Shown here one piece after another: positions 47,795 through 57,878 of a DNA stretch of 64,000 bases. This stretch comes from Acidobacteriota bacterium. GTDB lineage: Bacteria > Acidobacteriota > Vicinamibacteria > Vicinamibacterales > CAVVIG01. The notes beneath the pieces are model-generated. The model had not been told where the DNA came from. It saw only the letters and a list, made by a program, of their open reading frames with translations, and did not search any database. The translations under genes were made by a program, and so were the position numbers. The DNA is taken from the NCBI GenBank assembly GCA_003222395.1, contig QHWB01000051.1, positions 7,452 through 71,451 on the forward strand, written 5' to 3'. Numbering within the stretch: position 1 is the first letter of the stretch; the number at the start of each line of letters is the position of its first letter.

Positions 47795-48229
47795 ATGGCA
47801 ATGGATCTTGGCGGCGCCAAGGGCGGAGTCAAATCCGACATCAACGTGACGCCGCTGTGCGACGTCATGCTGGTGCTGCTCATCATCATGATGATCGTCG
47901 CTCCGCTGTTGCAGCAGGGCGTCAGCGTGCAGCTGCCGCAGGCCAACAACACGGTCGACAAACCTGAAACGCAGGGGCAGACCGTCATCGCCATCAGCAA
48001 GGACAAGGCGATGTACCTCAACGCGAAGCCCATTCAGGAGAGCGAGCTCGCCACGAAGATCAACGAGCTGCTCGAGAACCAGAAAGAGAAGATCGTCCTG
48101 ATCAAGGCCGACCAGGAAGTCGAGTACGGCGCCGTGATGGCCACGATGGATCAGCTGCGGCAGGCCGGCATCGAGGACATCGGCCTCGTGACCGACCCGA
48201 AGCGGACGGGCGCGACGGGAGGCAAGTAA
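47795..48229 (+). CDS. exbD: biopolymer transporter ExbD/TolR
   Basis: INVTPLCDVMLVLLIIMM TM plus periplasmic domain. Confidence 0.9.
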   Translation: MAMDLGGAKGGVKSDINVTPLCDVMLVLLIIMMIVAPLLQQGVSVQLPQANNTVDKPETQGQTVIAISKDKAMYLNAKPIQESELATKINELLENQKEKIVLIKADQEVEYGAVMATMDQLRQAGIEDIGLVTDPKRTGATGGK

Positions 48230-48696
48230 TGGCGCATGCGCATCGTCACCTCGGCGCCGAGAAGGTCGTCACCGCAGAGATCCCGCATGCCAGCGCGGAC
48301 ATGAACATCACGCCGCTCATCGACGTGCTGCTCGTGCTGATCGTCATCTTCATGGCGGCGCTGCCCCTGACGCAGAAGGGTCTCGACATCAACCTGCCGG
48401 CCGAGAGCAAGAAGTCGACGGCCGAGACGCCCGACATCAGCCAGATCGTGCTGGACTACACGGCCGACAAGAAGATCTCGGTCAACAAGCAGGACGTCAC
48501 GATCAACGAGCTCGAGACGCGGCTGCGCAACATCTACGACCAGCGGAAAGACAAGACGATGTTCCTCATCGCGGCGGGCACGCTGCGCTACCGCGACATC
48601 ATCGAAGTCATCGACGCCGCGAAGGGCGCGGGAGTCGAGAAGGTCGGGATCGTCACCGAAGGGATGCGCAAGGCTGCGGGCGCGGGCGGAAATTAG
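48229..48696 (+). CDS. exbD: biopolymer transporter ExbD/TolR (second paralog)
   Basis: MNITPLIDVLLVLIVIFM TM. Start shares one nt with upstream stop (TAATG). Confidence 0.9.
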   Translation: MAHAHRHLGAEKVVTAEIPHASADMNITPLIDVLLVLIVIFMAALPLTQKGLDINLPAESKKSTAETPDISQIVLDYTADKKISVNKQDVTINELETRLRNIYDQRKDKTMFLIAAGTLRYRDIIEVIDAAKGAGVEKVGIVTEGMRKAAGAGGN

Positions 48697-48730
48697 TCGC
48701 TGGTCGTTAAGTTCTCTCGTCCATCCTCGA

Positions 48731-48761
48731 GGGCCGCTCCGGAAACGGAGTGGCCCTTTTT
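48731..48761 (+). terminator. intrinsic terminator of the tonB-exb operon
   Basis: GGGCCGCTCCG-GAAA-CGGAGTGGCCC followed by TTTTT. Confidence 0.75.
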
Positions 48762-48774
48762 GTGTACCGCCTTG

Positions 48775-48811
48775 AAAAGAAAAGGGCCGGAGCGATCGCT
48801 CGCCCCGGCCC
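48775..48811 (-). terminator. probable intrinsic terminator of the TonB-dependent receptor gene
   Basis: Minus strand: GGGCCGG..AGCGATCGCT..CCGGCCC followed by TTTTCTTTTC. Confidence 0.5.
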
Positions 48812-48838
48812 GACTATCGACCGACGACCAACGGCTAC

Positions 48839-51800
48839 TTATTGAAACGTGTACCGGAAACTCAACATCATCACGTAGAGGTCCGAGTTGCTCGGATTAC
48901 TCAGCGACGCGGTCGTCTGGAAGGTGCGGCTGATCAACTCGGTGCCCGACGCGCCCGCGACGGTTGCGAGCCGATAGCTCAGTCGCCCTTGCGCGTCCGG
49001 CGTCGGATTGGTCAGGATGCGGCTGCCGAAATTCGAGAGCGCGACCGGGATCTGGCCGACGCCCCAGTCGTGATTGAGCAGGTTGCCGAAGTTGTTGATG
49101 TCGAGCCGAATCTGTCCCGAGTGTCGGCGACCGCCGATGCCGTGGAACACGTCCTGGATGATGCTCAGGTCCATGCGCTTCACGATCGGGTAGAAGAGCG
49201 CGTAGCGCTCGGCGTACTGTCCCCGGTGATTGCGCAGGTAGTCGTCCTGCTGGATGAACGCCTCGAACGCCGCCGCCTGCTCCGCCGCGGTGAACGTTCT
49301 GTTGCCGACCGGAAACGAGACGAAGTTCATCTCCGACGTGTCGCGAGGAATGTAGATCAGATCGTTGGCGGCGCTGTCGCCGTTCGCGTCCTGCGCAAAC
49401 ATGAAGCTCGCGTTACCGTTCGTGTGCGCGTCGAAGAACGCGGCAATCGTCGTGACGCCGAGGCCGAAGTACTGCTTCGTGTAGGACGGCGCGACGAAGA
49501 ACCGATGTCCTGGTGAGTACTGTGAGAACGACAGCACCGGGTTGTTCGGATCGTTCACGATGGCGTTGCTCGTCCACGAACCGGCCGCAATCGAGCCTGG
49601 ATCGTTGACGTTCTTCGACTGGCTGAAGCCGTACCCGCTCTTGAACGTGAAGCCATGCGTCAACGGCCTCGTCACGCTCGTGGCGACGGTCCACTGCCGG
49701 CCGACACTCTCGTTGGTCAGGACGATGTTCTGGATGATCTGATTGCCGGGCGCGTTGTTGATGCGGCTCACGCACGGCCCGATGTTCCCCGTCGCCGCGC
49801 ATGCTGTTCCTAGCCACCGCGGCCGCGCATCCACGCCCGTGTACGCCGACTGCGCCGCCGGCAGGTTCGCGTTGATGTACAGCATGCCGTTCACGTCTTT
49901 GTTGAAGATGAACTCGCCCGTGCCGACGAGACCCCAGGGCAGCTTGCGATCGACCGCGACGTTGGTTCTCCAGGTCTGCGGGAACTTGAAGTTCGGATCG
50001 GTCACCGCGAGGTCGACTGTCGTCGCCGGCGCGCCCGTCACGGTTTTCGGCTTGTACGCATCAGGACTCGGATTGAACGGGAACCCCGTGGTGTTGTCCA
50101 CCTGGACGAGGCCGGTCAGCATTCCGGTGTTGCCAATCTGGTTCGAGATCCAGACGTACAACGGTTTGCCGGTGAACACGCCCGTGCCACCGCGCAGCTG
50201 CGTCTGCTGATCGCTCGCGAGGTCGTAGTTGAAGCCGACGCGCGGCGACCAGAGCGGCGTCGCCTTCGGCAGCGCGCCGCTGTTGTACTGGATCGGACCG
50301 CCGCTCTGATCCCGGAACGTCAGCGCGTCGACGTTCGGGTTGTCGAACGCCGTGTTGCCCCAATTCGCGACGTCCATGCGGACGCCCGCGGTGACGGTGA
50401 GGTTCGTTCGCGGCCGCCACTCATCTTGCGCGTACCCGCTCGTGTACCACACGTCGAGCGGTTGCACCGGCTTCTCGAGGCCGGGAATGTTCATGTACCG
50501 CACCTGGAAGCGGCGGAGCGTGACCGGCGACGAGGTGCGATTCGGATTCGCGAGATACCCGTTCGCGTCGGTGAGGAAATCGCCGAGCGTGTTGTAGACG
50601 TAGACGCTCTGCTTGCCGGGGAAGAACACGTTCTCGGAGTGGTACTTCTCGACGGCAGCGCCGAATGTGAGCGAATGGCTCTTGCCGAATTTCGTGAAGC
50701 TATCCTGCGCCTGGAACGTGTTGTATCGCAGCTCGTTGTTCGGCGTGAACGGCTCTGACCCGAACGACGTGTACGCGCCACCGTTGCCGTCGAGGACGTC
50801 GACGAACGGGAACAGCTTGTCGATCGCGCCGCGGCTCTCGTCCTGGTGCGTGTAACCGACGATCAAATTGTTCGACAAGTTGTTGCCGAGCACCGAGTTC
50901 CATTCACCTATCCCGGAGCGAATGTTCTCGAGAATCGAGTAGTTCGAGTTGGCAAAGCTCAGGAAGTTGACGGTGTTCGGCGACCGGCCGCTCGGATTTC
51001 CGAGCGACTGCGAGCCGGAGACAATCACCGGCGTGCTCGAGTTGAGCATGTTGTAGCGGAACGTCACTTTGTTCTGGCTGTTGACGTTGAAGTCGCTCTT
51101 CACGAGGAACGGCTTGCCCGGCACGACCTTGGAGATTCCCTCGAACGGCCCGGTGTCGTAGCTGAACTTCGAGCTCAGGAACGAACTGAGATTGTTGAGA
51201 TCGGACGCGAGCACGCGCGTCGTATTCCCGGCGGCGGGAACGCCTCCGGGATTCGACACGTACGTCGACAGCGGACGTTGATCCTTCTGACTTTCGAAGC
51301 TCTCGAAGAAGAACAGCCTGTTCGGAATGATCGGACCGCCGAACCACTCGCCGCCGTTGGTCGTCTTGAACGTGCCGGGATTGACGGTCTGGCCTTTCGC
51401 CTCCGTCCCGACGAACGATTCGTTGCGGTACCGGTAGTACCCCGATCCCGTGAAGTTGTTCGTTCCGCTCCTCGTCACGGTGTTGACGCCGGCGCCAACG
51501 AAGTTGCCCTGGCGCACGTCGTACGGCGCCACGCTGACCTGCACCTGCTCGATCGCTTCGAGCGAAATCGGCGCGACGTTGGTTCGATCGCCCGGCTGCG
51601 CGCCGAGGCCGAACGAGTTGTTGAAATACGAGCCGTCGACCGTGATGTTGTTCATCCGGTTGTCGGCGCCGGCGAAGCCGCCCGACCCGCTGTACTCCGG
51701 CGACAGGCGCGTCATGTCGTTGATGCGGCCGGAGATCGTCGGCAGCGTCGCGAGCTCTTCGCGGAGCACGGCGGTGGCCGCGCCGGTATGCGATGAGCTG

Positions 51801-52204
51801 AACACCGGATCGCTCTGTCCGACAACGGTGATCGTCTCGGCGACCGCGGCGATTTTCAGCGAGAACTCCACGTCCTGGGCGACGCCGAGCGTCAGCGTGA
51901 GGTTGTTCTTGACCTCGGTGGTGAAGCCAGCGAGCGATGCGGTGACTTTGTACGGGCCGCCGACGCGCATACCCTGAATGAAGAAGCGGCCGTCGGCCTG
52001 CGTGACGGCTTCATATGTAGTGCCCGACGGCTCATGAACAGCGACAACGCTGGCGCCGGGAATCACGGCGCCTTGTGCGTCCTTGACGACGCCGGTCACC
52101 GCGGCGGTGGTCACGCCCTGGGCGGCCGTCGAGCTCGCGCAGACGGCGAGCGCGAGACACGCCGCGATCGCGCACACGAGCCGCGACCTTCTGGTCTGAT
52201 TCAT
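48839..52204 (-). CDS. TonB-dependent outer-membrane receptor with N-terminal carboxypeptidase-regulatory-like domain
   Basis: ORF trimmed to ATG 52204 (MNQTRRSRLVCAIAACLALAVCASSTAAQG signal). GVVKDAQGAVIPGASVVAV..ADGRFFIQGMRVGGPYKV, plug plus large barrel, terminal ..SFRYTFQ. Confidence 0.9.
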   Translation of the reverse strand: MNQTRRSRLVCAIAACLALAVCASSTAAQGVTTAAVTGVVKDAQGAVIPGASVVAVHEPSGTTYEAVTQADGRFFIQGMRVGGPYKVTASLAGFTTEVKNNLTLTLGVAQDVEFSLKIAAVAETITVVGQSDPVFSSSHTGAATAVLREELATLPTISGRINDMTRLSPEYSGSGGFAGADNRMNNITVDGSYFNNSFGLGAQPGDRTNVAPISLEAIEQVQVSVAPYDVRQGNFVGAGVNTVTRSGTNNFTGSGYYRYRNESFVGTEAKGQTVNPGTFKTTNGGEWFGGPIIPNRLFFFESFESQKDQRPLSTYVSNPGGVPAAGNTTRVLASDLNNLSSFLSSKFSYDTGPFEGISKVVPGKPFLVKSDFNVNSQNKVTFRYNMLNSSTPVIVSGSQSLGNPSGRSPNTVNFLSFANSNYSILENIRSGIGEWNSVLGNNLSNNLIVGYTHQDESRGAIDKLFPFVDVLDGNGGAYTSFGSEPFTPNNELRYNTFQAQDSFTKFGKSHSLTFGAAVEKYHSENVFFPGKQSVYVYNTLGDFLTDANGYLANPNRTSSPVTLRRFQVRYMNIPGLEKPVQPLDVWYTSGYAQDEWRPRTNLTVTAGVRMDVANWGNTAFDNPNVDALTFRDQSGGPIQYNSGALPKATPLWSPRVGFNYDLASDQQTQLRGGTGVFTGKPLYVWISNQIGNTGMLTGLVQVDNTTGFPFNPSPDAYKPKTVTGAPATTVDLAVTDPNFKFPQTWRTNVAVDRKLPWGLVGTGEFIFNKDVNGMLYINANLPAAQSAYTGVDARPRWLGTACAATGNIGPCVSRINNAPGNQIIQNIVLTNESVGRQWTVATSVTRPLTHGFTFKSGYGFSQSKNVNDPGSIAAGSWTSNAIVNDPNNPVLSFSQYSPGHRFFVAPSYTKQYFGLGVTTIAAFFDAHTNGNASFMFAQDANGDSAANDLIYIPRDTSEMNFVSFPVGNRTFTAAEQAAAFEAFIQQDDYLRNHRGQYAERYALFYPIVKRMDLSIIQDVFHGIGGRRHSGQIRLDINNFGNLLNHDWGVGQIPVALSNFGSRILTNPTPDAQGRLSYRLATVAGASGTELISRTFQTTASLSNPSNSDLYVMMLSFRYTFQ

Positions 52205-52274
52205 TGCGATCTCCTGCGAGGAATGGTTGTGAGAACCGCTCGATTGTACCCTGCGGTTGTAACCAGCCTGAGAC

Positions 52275-52307
52275 AAAAAAGGCCGTCGGGTTTCGAGCCC
52301 GACGGCC
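52275..52307 (-). terminator. intrinsic terminator of the TPR lipoprotein gene
   Basis: Minus strand: GGCCGTCGGG-CTCGAAA-CCCGACGGCC followed by TTTTTT. Confidence 0.75.
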
Positions 52308-52337
52308 TGCGATCCAATCGCTCGTAGGTGAGCGTTG

Positions 52338-53321
52338 TCAGTCGCCGACGCCTGCCGCTTTCTGCTTGCGAAGTTCCTGAGCCTTGTCGCGGAGACGATC
52401 CGCTTCCTTCAACAGCGCCTGCTGCTTGGACACGTCCTTCTCGAGATTGGCCTGCAGGCGCAGCAACAACCCTTTGTAGACGAGCGCCTCCGCGTAGTCC
52501 GGTTTGATCTGCAGCGCGTGATCGATCGCCTCGATGCCTTTGTTGACGAAGTCCTTCTTCTCGTTTTCTTTCAGGCGCGTGTCGCGGAACGCCTTGTCCC
52601 AGTAGAAAGTCGAAATCGTGTAGAAGGCTTCGGGGTTGTTCGGCTCCTTCGCCGCGCGCTCGCGCAATGCGTCGATCGTCTTGTCGAACGCGCCCTGGCG
52701 GTTGTAGTAGCCGGCGAGCGTCATGTAGACGGCGGGATCGCCCGGCTTGGCGTCCTTCGCCTTGAGCAGCATCTGCTCGGCAGCATCGTACGCGCCGGCG
52801 TCCTCGTACAGCTTCGCGAGCGCGAAGTAGTTCGCGGGATCGCCCGGATCCTGTTGAATCATTTTCTGGAGCACCGGCTCCGCTTTCGCCGGATCGTTCA
52901 GCTTGTCGTTGCCGTACGCGGCGACGAGATACTGCAGCGCGAGCGTGCCGAGATGTTTGTAATCCGGCTTGTCGGACGTGCTCAGTTTCTCGGCAGCAAA
53001 CTGGTAGTTCTCGACCGCCTTCTGCAGCAACGCATCGTTCTCTGCGTCGCCCTTCTTGCTGGGCTTCCACTGGTTGTCGTAGCTGTTCCCGAGGAAGAAG
53101 TACGCGGAAACCACGTCGGGATCGTTGGGCGCCTGAGAGATGGCCTCGGAGTACAGCTGCGAGGCTTTTTTGTAGTCCTGGGCCTGGTAGGCCTTGTTGG
53201 CCTCCTTCAGATTTCGCATCGCCTGAACTTTTCCGACTTTGGCACAGCCGGCTGTTGTCGCGACAGAACCCAGGGCCAGCATCGCGACCACCGACAGCGA
53301 TGCTCCCGTTAAAGCACGCAT
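52338..53321 (-). CDS. TPR-repeat lipoprotein
   Basis: ORF trimmed to ATG 53321 (MRALTGASLSVVAMLALGSVATTAGC lipobox). Multiple TPR units, Lys-rich coiled C-terminus. Confidence 0.8.
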   Translation of the reverse strand: MRALTGASLSVVAMLALGSVATTAGCAKVGKVQAMRNLKEANKAYQAQDYKKASQLYSEAISQAPNDPDVVSAYFFLGNSYDNQWKPSKKGDAENDALLQKAVENYQFAAEKLSTSDKPDYKHLGTLALQYLVAAYGNDKLNDPAKAEPVLQKMIQQDPGDPANYFALAKLYEDAGAYDAAEQMLLKAKDAKPGDPAVYMTLAGYYNRQGAFDKTIDALRERAAKEPNNPEAFYTISTFYWDKAFRDTRLKENEKKDFVNKGIEAIDHALQIKPDYAEALVYKGLLLRLQANLEKDVSKQQALLKEADRLRDKAQELRKQKAAGVGD

Positions 53322-53365
53322 TGAGCCCCCTACGTGAGAAGAATTTCCGTGGCTGAAACCGGGCA

Positions 53366-53395
53366 AGTATAGTGAAGCAAAAAAACGTACGTCAA
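53366..53395 (-). promoter_or_regulatory. sigma70-type promoter TTGACG-18 nt-TATACT for the TPR lipoprotein gene
   Basis: -35 53395-53390, -10 53371-53366 (minus strand), in an AT-rich divergent spacer. Confidence 0.4.
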
Positions 53396-53430
53396 GGCGC
53401 GGTTTATTATTGGCTTAGACACCGATTTCG

Positions 53431-55602
53431 ATGATTCGCTTCGAGGATCTGCTGGAAAAAGTCCGGGCCTACAGCCCTGACGCCGACGTCGAACTGCTCA
53501 GGCGAGCGTACGTGTTCTCCGCCTTCGAGCACCGCGGACAGGTGCGCCATTCCGGCGAGCCCTATCTGATACACCCGCTCGCGGTCGCCGATTTCCTCGC
53601 CGACATGAAGCTCGACGCGGTCGCCATCGCCGCCGGCCTGCTGCACGACGTGGTCGAAGACACCCTGACGACGATCGAGCGCATCCAGGAACTCTTCGGG
53701 TCGGAGGTCGCGCACGTCGTCGAAGGCGTCACCAAGATCAGCGCCATTCCGTTTTCGTCGAGCGAGGAGCGGCAGGCCGAGAACTTCCGCAAGATGCTGC
53801 TCGCGATGGTCGACGACATCCGCGTGATCATCGTCAAGCTCGGCGACCGCCTTCACAACATGCGGACGCTGAATCACCTGTCGGAAGATCGGCGCATCAA
53901 GATCGCGCAGGAGACGCGAGACATCTACGCGCCGATCGCCAATCGTCTCGGCATGAGCAAACTGAAGAACGAGCTGGAGGAGCTGTCGTTCCGGTACCTC
54001 GAGCCTCAGTCGTACGAGGCGCTGCGCGCGAGAGTCGACGCGAGGCGGCGCGCGACCGAAGGGCTCATCGAGGAGCTCAAGAACACGGTCGCGGCGAAGC
54101 TCGCCGAGGCCCAGGTGCCGATCGTCGCAATCGACGGCCGCATCAAACGGCTGTGGAGCATCCACCAGAAGCTGAAGCGACAACGGATCGAGCTCGAGCA
54201 GGTGTACGACTTCATCGCGCTGCGGGTCGTGACCGACAGCGTGAAGGACTGCTACGCGGCGCTCGGATTCATTCACCAGACGTGGTCGCCCGTGCCGGGC
54301 CGCATCAAGGATTTCATCGCGATGCCGCGGCCGAACGGCTACCAGTCGCTCCACACGTCGGTGATCAGCGAAAAAGGGATGCCGTTCGAGGTGCAGATTC
54401 GCACGATCGAGATGCACCGGATGGCGGAAGAAGGCATCGCCGCGCACTGGAAGTACAAGGAAGGGCGCGTCGGCGATCGGCGCGACGATCGCTACTTCCA
54501 GTGGATGCGCCAGCTGCTGGAGTACCAGAAAGACGTCCGCGACCCGCAGGAATTCATCCAGAGCCTCAAGGTGGAGCTCTACGCCGAAGAGGTGTACACG
54601 TTCACGCCGAAAGGGCTCGTGAAGGCGTTTCCGCGCGGCGCGACGCCAATCGATTTCGCGTACGCGATTCACACCGACGTGGGACATCAGTGCGTCGGCG
54701 CGCGCGTGAACGGGAAGATGGTGCCGCTGCGCACGCATCTGCGCAACGGCGACATCGTGGAAATCATCACGCAAGCCGGACACAAACCGAGCCGCGACTG
54801 GCTCAGCTTCGTCGCGACGTCGCACGCGCGCTACAAGATCAAACATCTCATTCGTCTCGAGGAGAAGACGCGGGCCATCGAGCTCGGACGCCGGCTGTTC
54901 GAAAAGGAAGCGCGCCGCTACGACATCAACCCGAAGACGATCGCCGACGGCGACGGCTGGGCGAAGGCGCTGGCCGACAACGGCGCGCAGAAGCCCGACG
55001 ATCTCTTTGCGCTGATTGGATACGGCAAGCTGGCCGCAAAGCAGCTGCTCGGAAAGCTCGTTCCGGCGGACAAACTGCGGGAGAAACCGCCGGAAGGTCC
55101 GGTCGCCGCGGCCGTCAAGCGCGTGCTCGGCACCGGCGAGGAGAAGATCAAGGTCCGCGGCTTCGACGATCTGATGGTCTTCCGCGCGCGCTGCTGCAAT
55201 CCGATCCGCGGCGAGAAGATCGTCGGGTACATCACGCGCGGCAAAGGCGTATCGGTCCACTCGGCGACGTGTCCGAACGTCGTCAAACTCCTGTACGACC
55301 CCGAGCGGCGCATCGAGGTCGAATGGGACAAGGGCGACGCGGCGGCGCGCTACACGGTGAAGCTGACGATGGAAGTCGAGGATCGCAAGGGACTGCTTGC
55401 CGCGGTCAGCGCCAAGATTGCCGACATCAACACGAACATCCGCAACCTCGAAGCGCGTCCGTCAGCAGATCAGCGCTCGCGTATCGATATGACTGTCGAA
55501 ATCAGCGATTTGAAACATCTCGAGCGAGTGATCAAGTCGGTGAAAGGCGTCGAGGGCGTGCTGAACGTGGAGAGGGCCGGGCGGCCCGGAGGGGCAGGAT
55601 AG
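53431..55602 (+). CDS. rel: bifunctional (p)ppGpp synthetase/hydrolase (RSH)
   Basis: HD hydrolase (HSGEPYLIHPLAV, LHDVVEDT), synthetase (YQSLHTSV), TGS and ACT domains; 723 aa. Confidence 0.95.
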   Translation: MIRFEDLLEKVRAYSPDADVELLRRAYVFSAFEHRGQVRHSGEPYLIHPLAVADFLADMKLDAVAIAAGLLHDVVEDTLTTIERIQELFGSEVAHVVEGVTKISAIPFSSSEERQAENFRKMLLAMVDDIRVIIVKLGDRLHNMRTLNHLSEDRRIKIAQETRDIYAPIANRLGMSKLKNELEELSFRYLEPQSYEALRARVDARRRATEGLIEELKNTVAAKLAEAQVPIVAIDGRIKRLWSIHQKLKRQRIELEQVYDFIALRVVTDSVKDCYAALGFIHQTWSPVPGRIKDFIAMPRPNGYQSLHTSVISEKGMPFEVQIRTIEMHRMAEEGIAAHWKYKEGRVGDRRDDRYFQWMRQLLEYQKDVRDPQEFIQSLKVELYAEEVYTFTPKGLVKAFPRGATPIDFAYAIHTDVGHQCVGARVNGKMVPLRTHLRNGDIVEIITQAGHKPSRDWLSFVATSHARYKIKHLIRLEEKTRAIELGRRLFEKEARRYDINPKTIADGDGWAKALADNGAQKPDDLFALIGYGKLAAKQLLGKLVPADKLREKPPEGPVAAAVKRVLGTGEEKIKVRGFDDLMVFRARCCNPIRGEKIVGYITRGKGVSVHSATCPNVVKLLYDPERRIEVEWDKGDAAARYTVKLTMEVEDRKGLLAAVSAKIADINTNIRNLEARPSADQRSRIDMTVEISDLKHLERVIKSVKGVEGVLNVERAGRPGGAG

Positions 55603-55625
55603 GCGCCCTTCCGGCCTACCCTGCC

Positions 55626-56003
55626 CTACGTGATCGCGATCACGTCAATCTCCACCCGCGCGTCTTTCGGCAGACGCGACACCTGCACCGTCGACCGGGC
55701 GGGATATGGCTCCGAGAAAAACGTCGCGTACGTCTGGTTCATCGCCGCGAAGTCGTTCATGTCGGCGAGGAATACCGTTGTCCGGACGACGTTTGCGTAC
55801 GACAGCCCGGCGGCCTTGAGCAGCGCGCCGAGATTGTCGAACACACGGCGCGTCTGCGCGGCGATATCGCCGTCGATCAGATTGCCGGTCGCGGGATCGA
55901 TGGGCACCTGCCCCGAGATGAACACCATCTGGCCGGCGCGGACCGCGGGCGAGTAGGGACCGATCGCCTTCGGCGCGTCGGAGGTCGAGATCGCCTGCTT
56001 CAT
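55626..56003 (-). CDS. ridA: RidA-family reactive enamine/imine deaminase
   Basis: 125 aa, [12 protein letters not shown].., YjgF/RidA fold motifs. ATGA-type overlap with rpmB. Confidence 0.9.
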   Translation of the reverse strand: MKQAISTSDAPKAIGPYSPAVRAGQMVFISGQVPIDPATGNLIDGDIAAQTRRVFDNLGALLKAAGLSYANVVRTTVFLADMNDFAAMNQTYATFFSEPYPARSTVQVSRLPKDARVEIDVIAIT

Positions 56004-56191
56004 GCGGCTTTCGTGACGCGCCCCGATCGGATGCAGCGGGTGCAGACGCGAATGCGCTTGATGCCGCCGTTGACGATGGCCCGGACGACCTGCAGATTCG
56101 GCTCGAAGCGGCGCGCGCTGACATTATGTGCGTGGCTGACCTGGCGTCCGACGACCGGCGTCTTCCCGCACACTTCACATTTCTTGGCCAT
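56000..56191 (-). CDS. rpmB: 50S ribosomal protein L28 (four-Cys zinc-ribbon form)
   Basis: [26 protein letters not shown]; 63 aa. Confidence 0.95.
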   Translation of the reverse strand: MAKKCEVCGKTPVVGRQVSHAHNVSARRFEPNLQVVRAIVNGGIKRIRVCTRCIRSGRVTKAA

Positions 56192-56195
56192 AACC

Positions 56196-56864
56196 CTACA
56201 AATTTACCACGTTCTTCGAGTCGGTCGCGCCCGGGTCCTTCTTGACGATCACGCGGCCGAGCAGATCGAGGTACGCGCGGCGATTCAGTTGATCCGACGC
56301 GCGTACGTCGGCGACGGCGTGTTCGATCCGCCGCATCACCACCGCGGCGTCGCGCTCGAACACCGATCCACCCTGGCCGGCTTCAGCGAGAACGGGCCTC
56401 AGCGCCGTCACGAGCCGCTGCGCCGGCAGCGACGCCGGACGATGCTCGTAGATCACGCCCCGCGAGGCCGTTTCATAGGTCGCCGCCAGCGCCCTCATGG
56501 CCTCGACCACGTCGTCATCGATCAGCGCCTGGAGCTCCGGCGGCTGGTACTTCATCAGAAATGTGTTGATGAAGAGAAAGAGCTGCGACTGGCGCTCGTT
56601 GAAGTCGCGCATCGACTGCATCATGAGGCCGACGTCGCGCTGCTGCTGTCGCACGACGGCGGCGGCGGGATGGTCACGCGCGCTGGCGAGGTAGGCGCAA
56701 TCCTTCGGACAGTGGATCTGGACGTTGCGCTTCGTGCCGCAGCAGACAGCGCAGATTTGTTTACCCAGCGCGGGACAACGCCGTTTTGCGGACCTAATTC
56801 CACAAAGGGGGCAGAGCACGGCGGCTTTATTGTATAATTTCGGCCGAAATCGCGTAGAACTCAT
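56196..56864 (-). CDS. hypothetical protein with N-terminal eight-Cys metal-binding module
   Basis: CPLCG-x8-C-x7-CAVCC-x9-CPKDC pattern, helical C-terminal domain. Lies 4 nt upstream of rpmB. Confidence 0.6.
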   Translation of the reverse strand: MSSTRFRPKLYNKAAVLCPLCGIRSAKRRCPALGKQICAVCCGTKRNVQIHCPKDCAYLASARDHPAAAVVRQQQRDVGLMMQSMRDFNERQSQLFLFINTFLMKYQPPELQALIDDDVVEAMRALAATYETASRGVIYEHRPASLPAQRLVTALRPVLAEAGQGGSVFERDAAVVMRRIEHAVADVRASDQLNRRAYLDLLGRVIVKKDPGATDSKNVVNL

Positions 56865-56893
56865 CGGAACGCGCCTTGCAACGCCGGAGGTGT

Positions 56894-57469
56894 ATGTTTC
56901 GCCGCGAATCCGCGGTCGAATACTTCAAGGAACTCGTCGACGGCGCGATGGAGCATCAGCACGTCGACGCGACGGAGTTGACGGCGTTCTACGTCGTGCA
57001 GTTGCTCGCCGGCTTCATGCAGCAGCCGGCGATCGACGGCGCCCACGAGGACGCGCCGCTGGCGATCCGCCTCGCACGGGCGCTCGAGAGCGGCGGTGTG
57101 CGTCAGCGCGCGGGGCTCAAACAGGTCGGCGATGTCTCGCTGTTCATGTCGGGATTTTTTTCCGACTCATTCCGCCGCAAGCTGGTCGACCTCGACTACT
57201 ACGTCACGATCGGCGGCTACGCGTATAACGCGCTGAGCCGCGTGGAGAGCGATACGTTCTCGACCGTCTTCGCGGAGCTCGGGGAAAAATTCGTCGCATT
57301 CGTCGATGTGCTCGCCGAGGTCAGCGAGCGCACGTCGTGCGTGTCAAATGCGGATCTGCTCCGGCTGTACGAAAAGTGGCTGAAAACGGGGAGCCCGCGG
57401 AGCGGCCAGCTGCTCGTCGAACGAGGCGTCGTTCCAAACATGTCGATACGCTCGACCCGGGTTCAGTAG
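56894..57469 (+). CDS. hypothetical protein
   Basis: GGAGG just upstream of ATG 56894, G/C-rich third positions, no recognised motifs. Divergent from the Cys-rich gene. Confidence 0.55.
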   Translation: MFRRESAVEYFKELVDGAMEHQHVDATELTAFYVVQLLAGFMQQPAIDGAHEDAPLAIRLARALESGGVRQRAGLKQVGDVSLFMSGFFSDSFRRKLVDLDYYVTIGGYAYNALSRVESDTFSTVFAELGEKFVAFVDVLAEVSERTSCVSNADLLRLYEKWLKTGSPRSGQLLVERGVVPNMSIRSTRVQ

Positions 57470-57808
57470 CCCTTCACTGCGTCCACTGTGCACCTTCGAC
57501 CGTAGCAACTTCGTCACACCTCGGCAATTCTTCGACGGTCAATCGTCTCCTTCAGCGGACAAGATTTTGTGATCAAACCCGAACCGGTCGCTCGGCACCG
57601 GCGTCTAAGCTACAGTTACTTTTTGAACAAACGGTTGACTGATGTCGATCGACGCTTCTAAATCGCTGCACTGGAAATGGTTGGAGTACCACGCTGCAAC
57701 GCGGCGTTCTCGCAATGTCGTCGGGAGGAGGCAGAGCACCGCAGCAAACCGTCTCCAGCAGCAGACGTACGGTCAGGCTTGCAATATGACAGTAGTTCAG
57801 CATATGCT

Positions 57809-57824
57809 TGGCAGTTCATTTGCA
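57809..57824 (+). promoter_or_regulatory. sigma54 (-24/-12) promoter TGGCAG-TTCAT-TTGCA
   Basis: GG-N10-GC spacing exact. 14 of 16 match TGGCACG-N4-TTGCA. About 55 nt upstream of ATG 57879, with GGAAGGAG SD between. Confidence 0.55.
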
Positions 57825-57878
57825 TGACGGACCGGCAATCTTAGCGGTAGGACAGGGAGAGAGGAAGGAGCGGCGATC

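Noticed and set aside
57573-57827. ORFs 57573..57803 (-) 76 aa and 57642..57827 (+) 61 aa in the long spacer before the dksA-like gene.
   Set aside because: No SD and atypical composition for this genome. They overlap the predicted promoters. Treated as non-coding leader.
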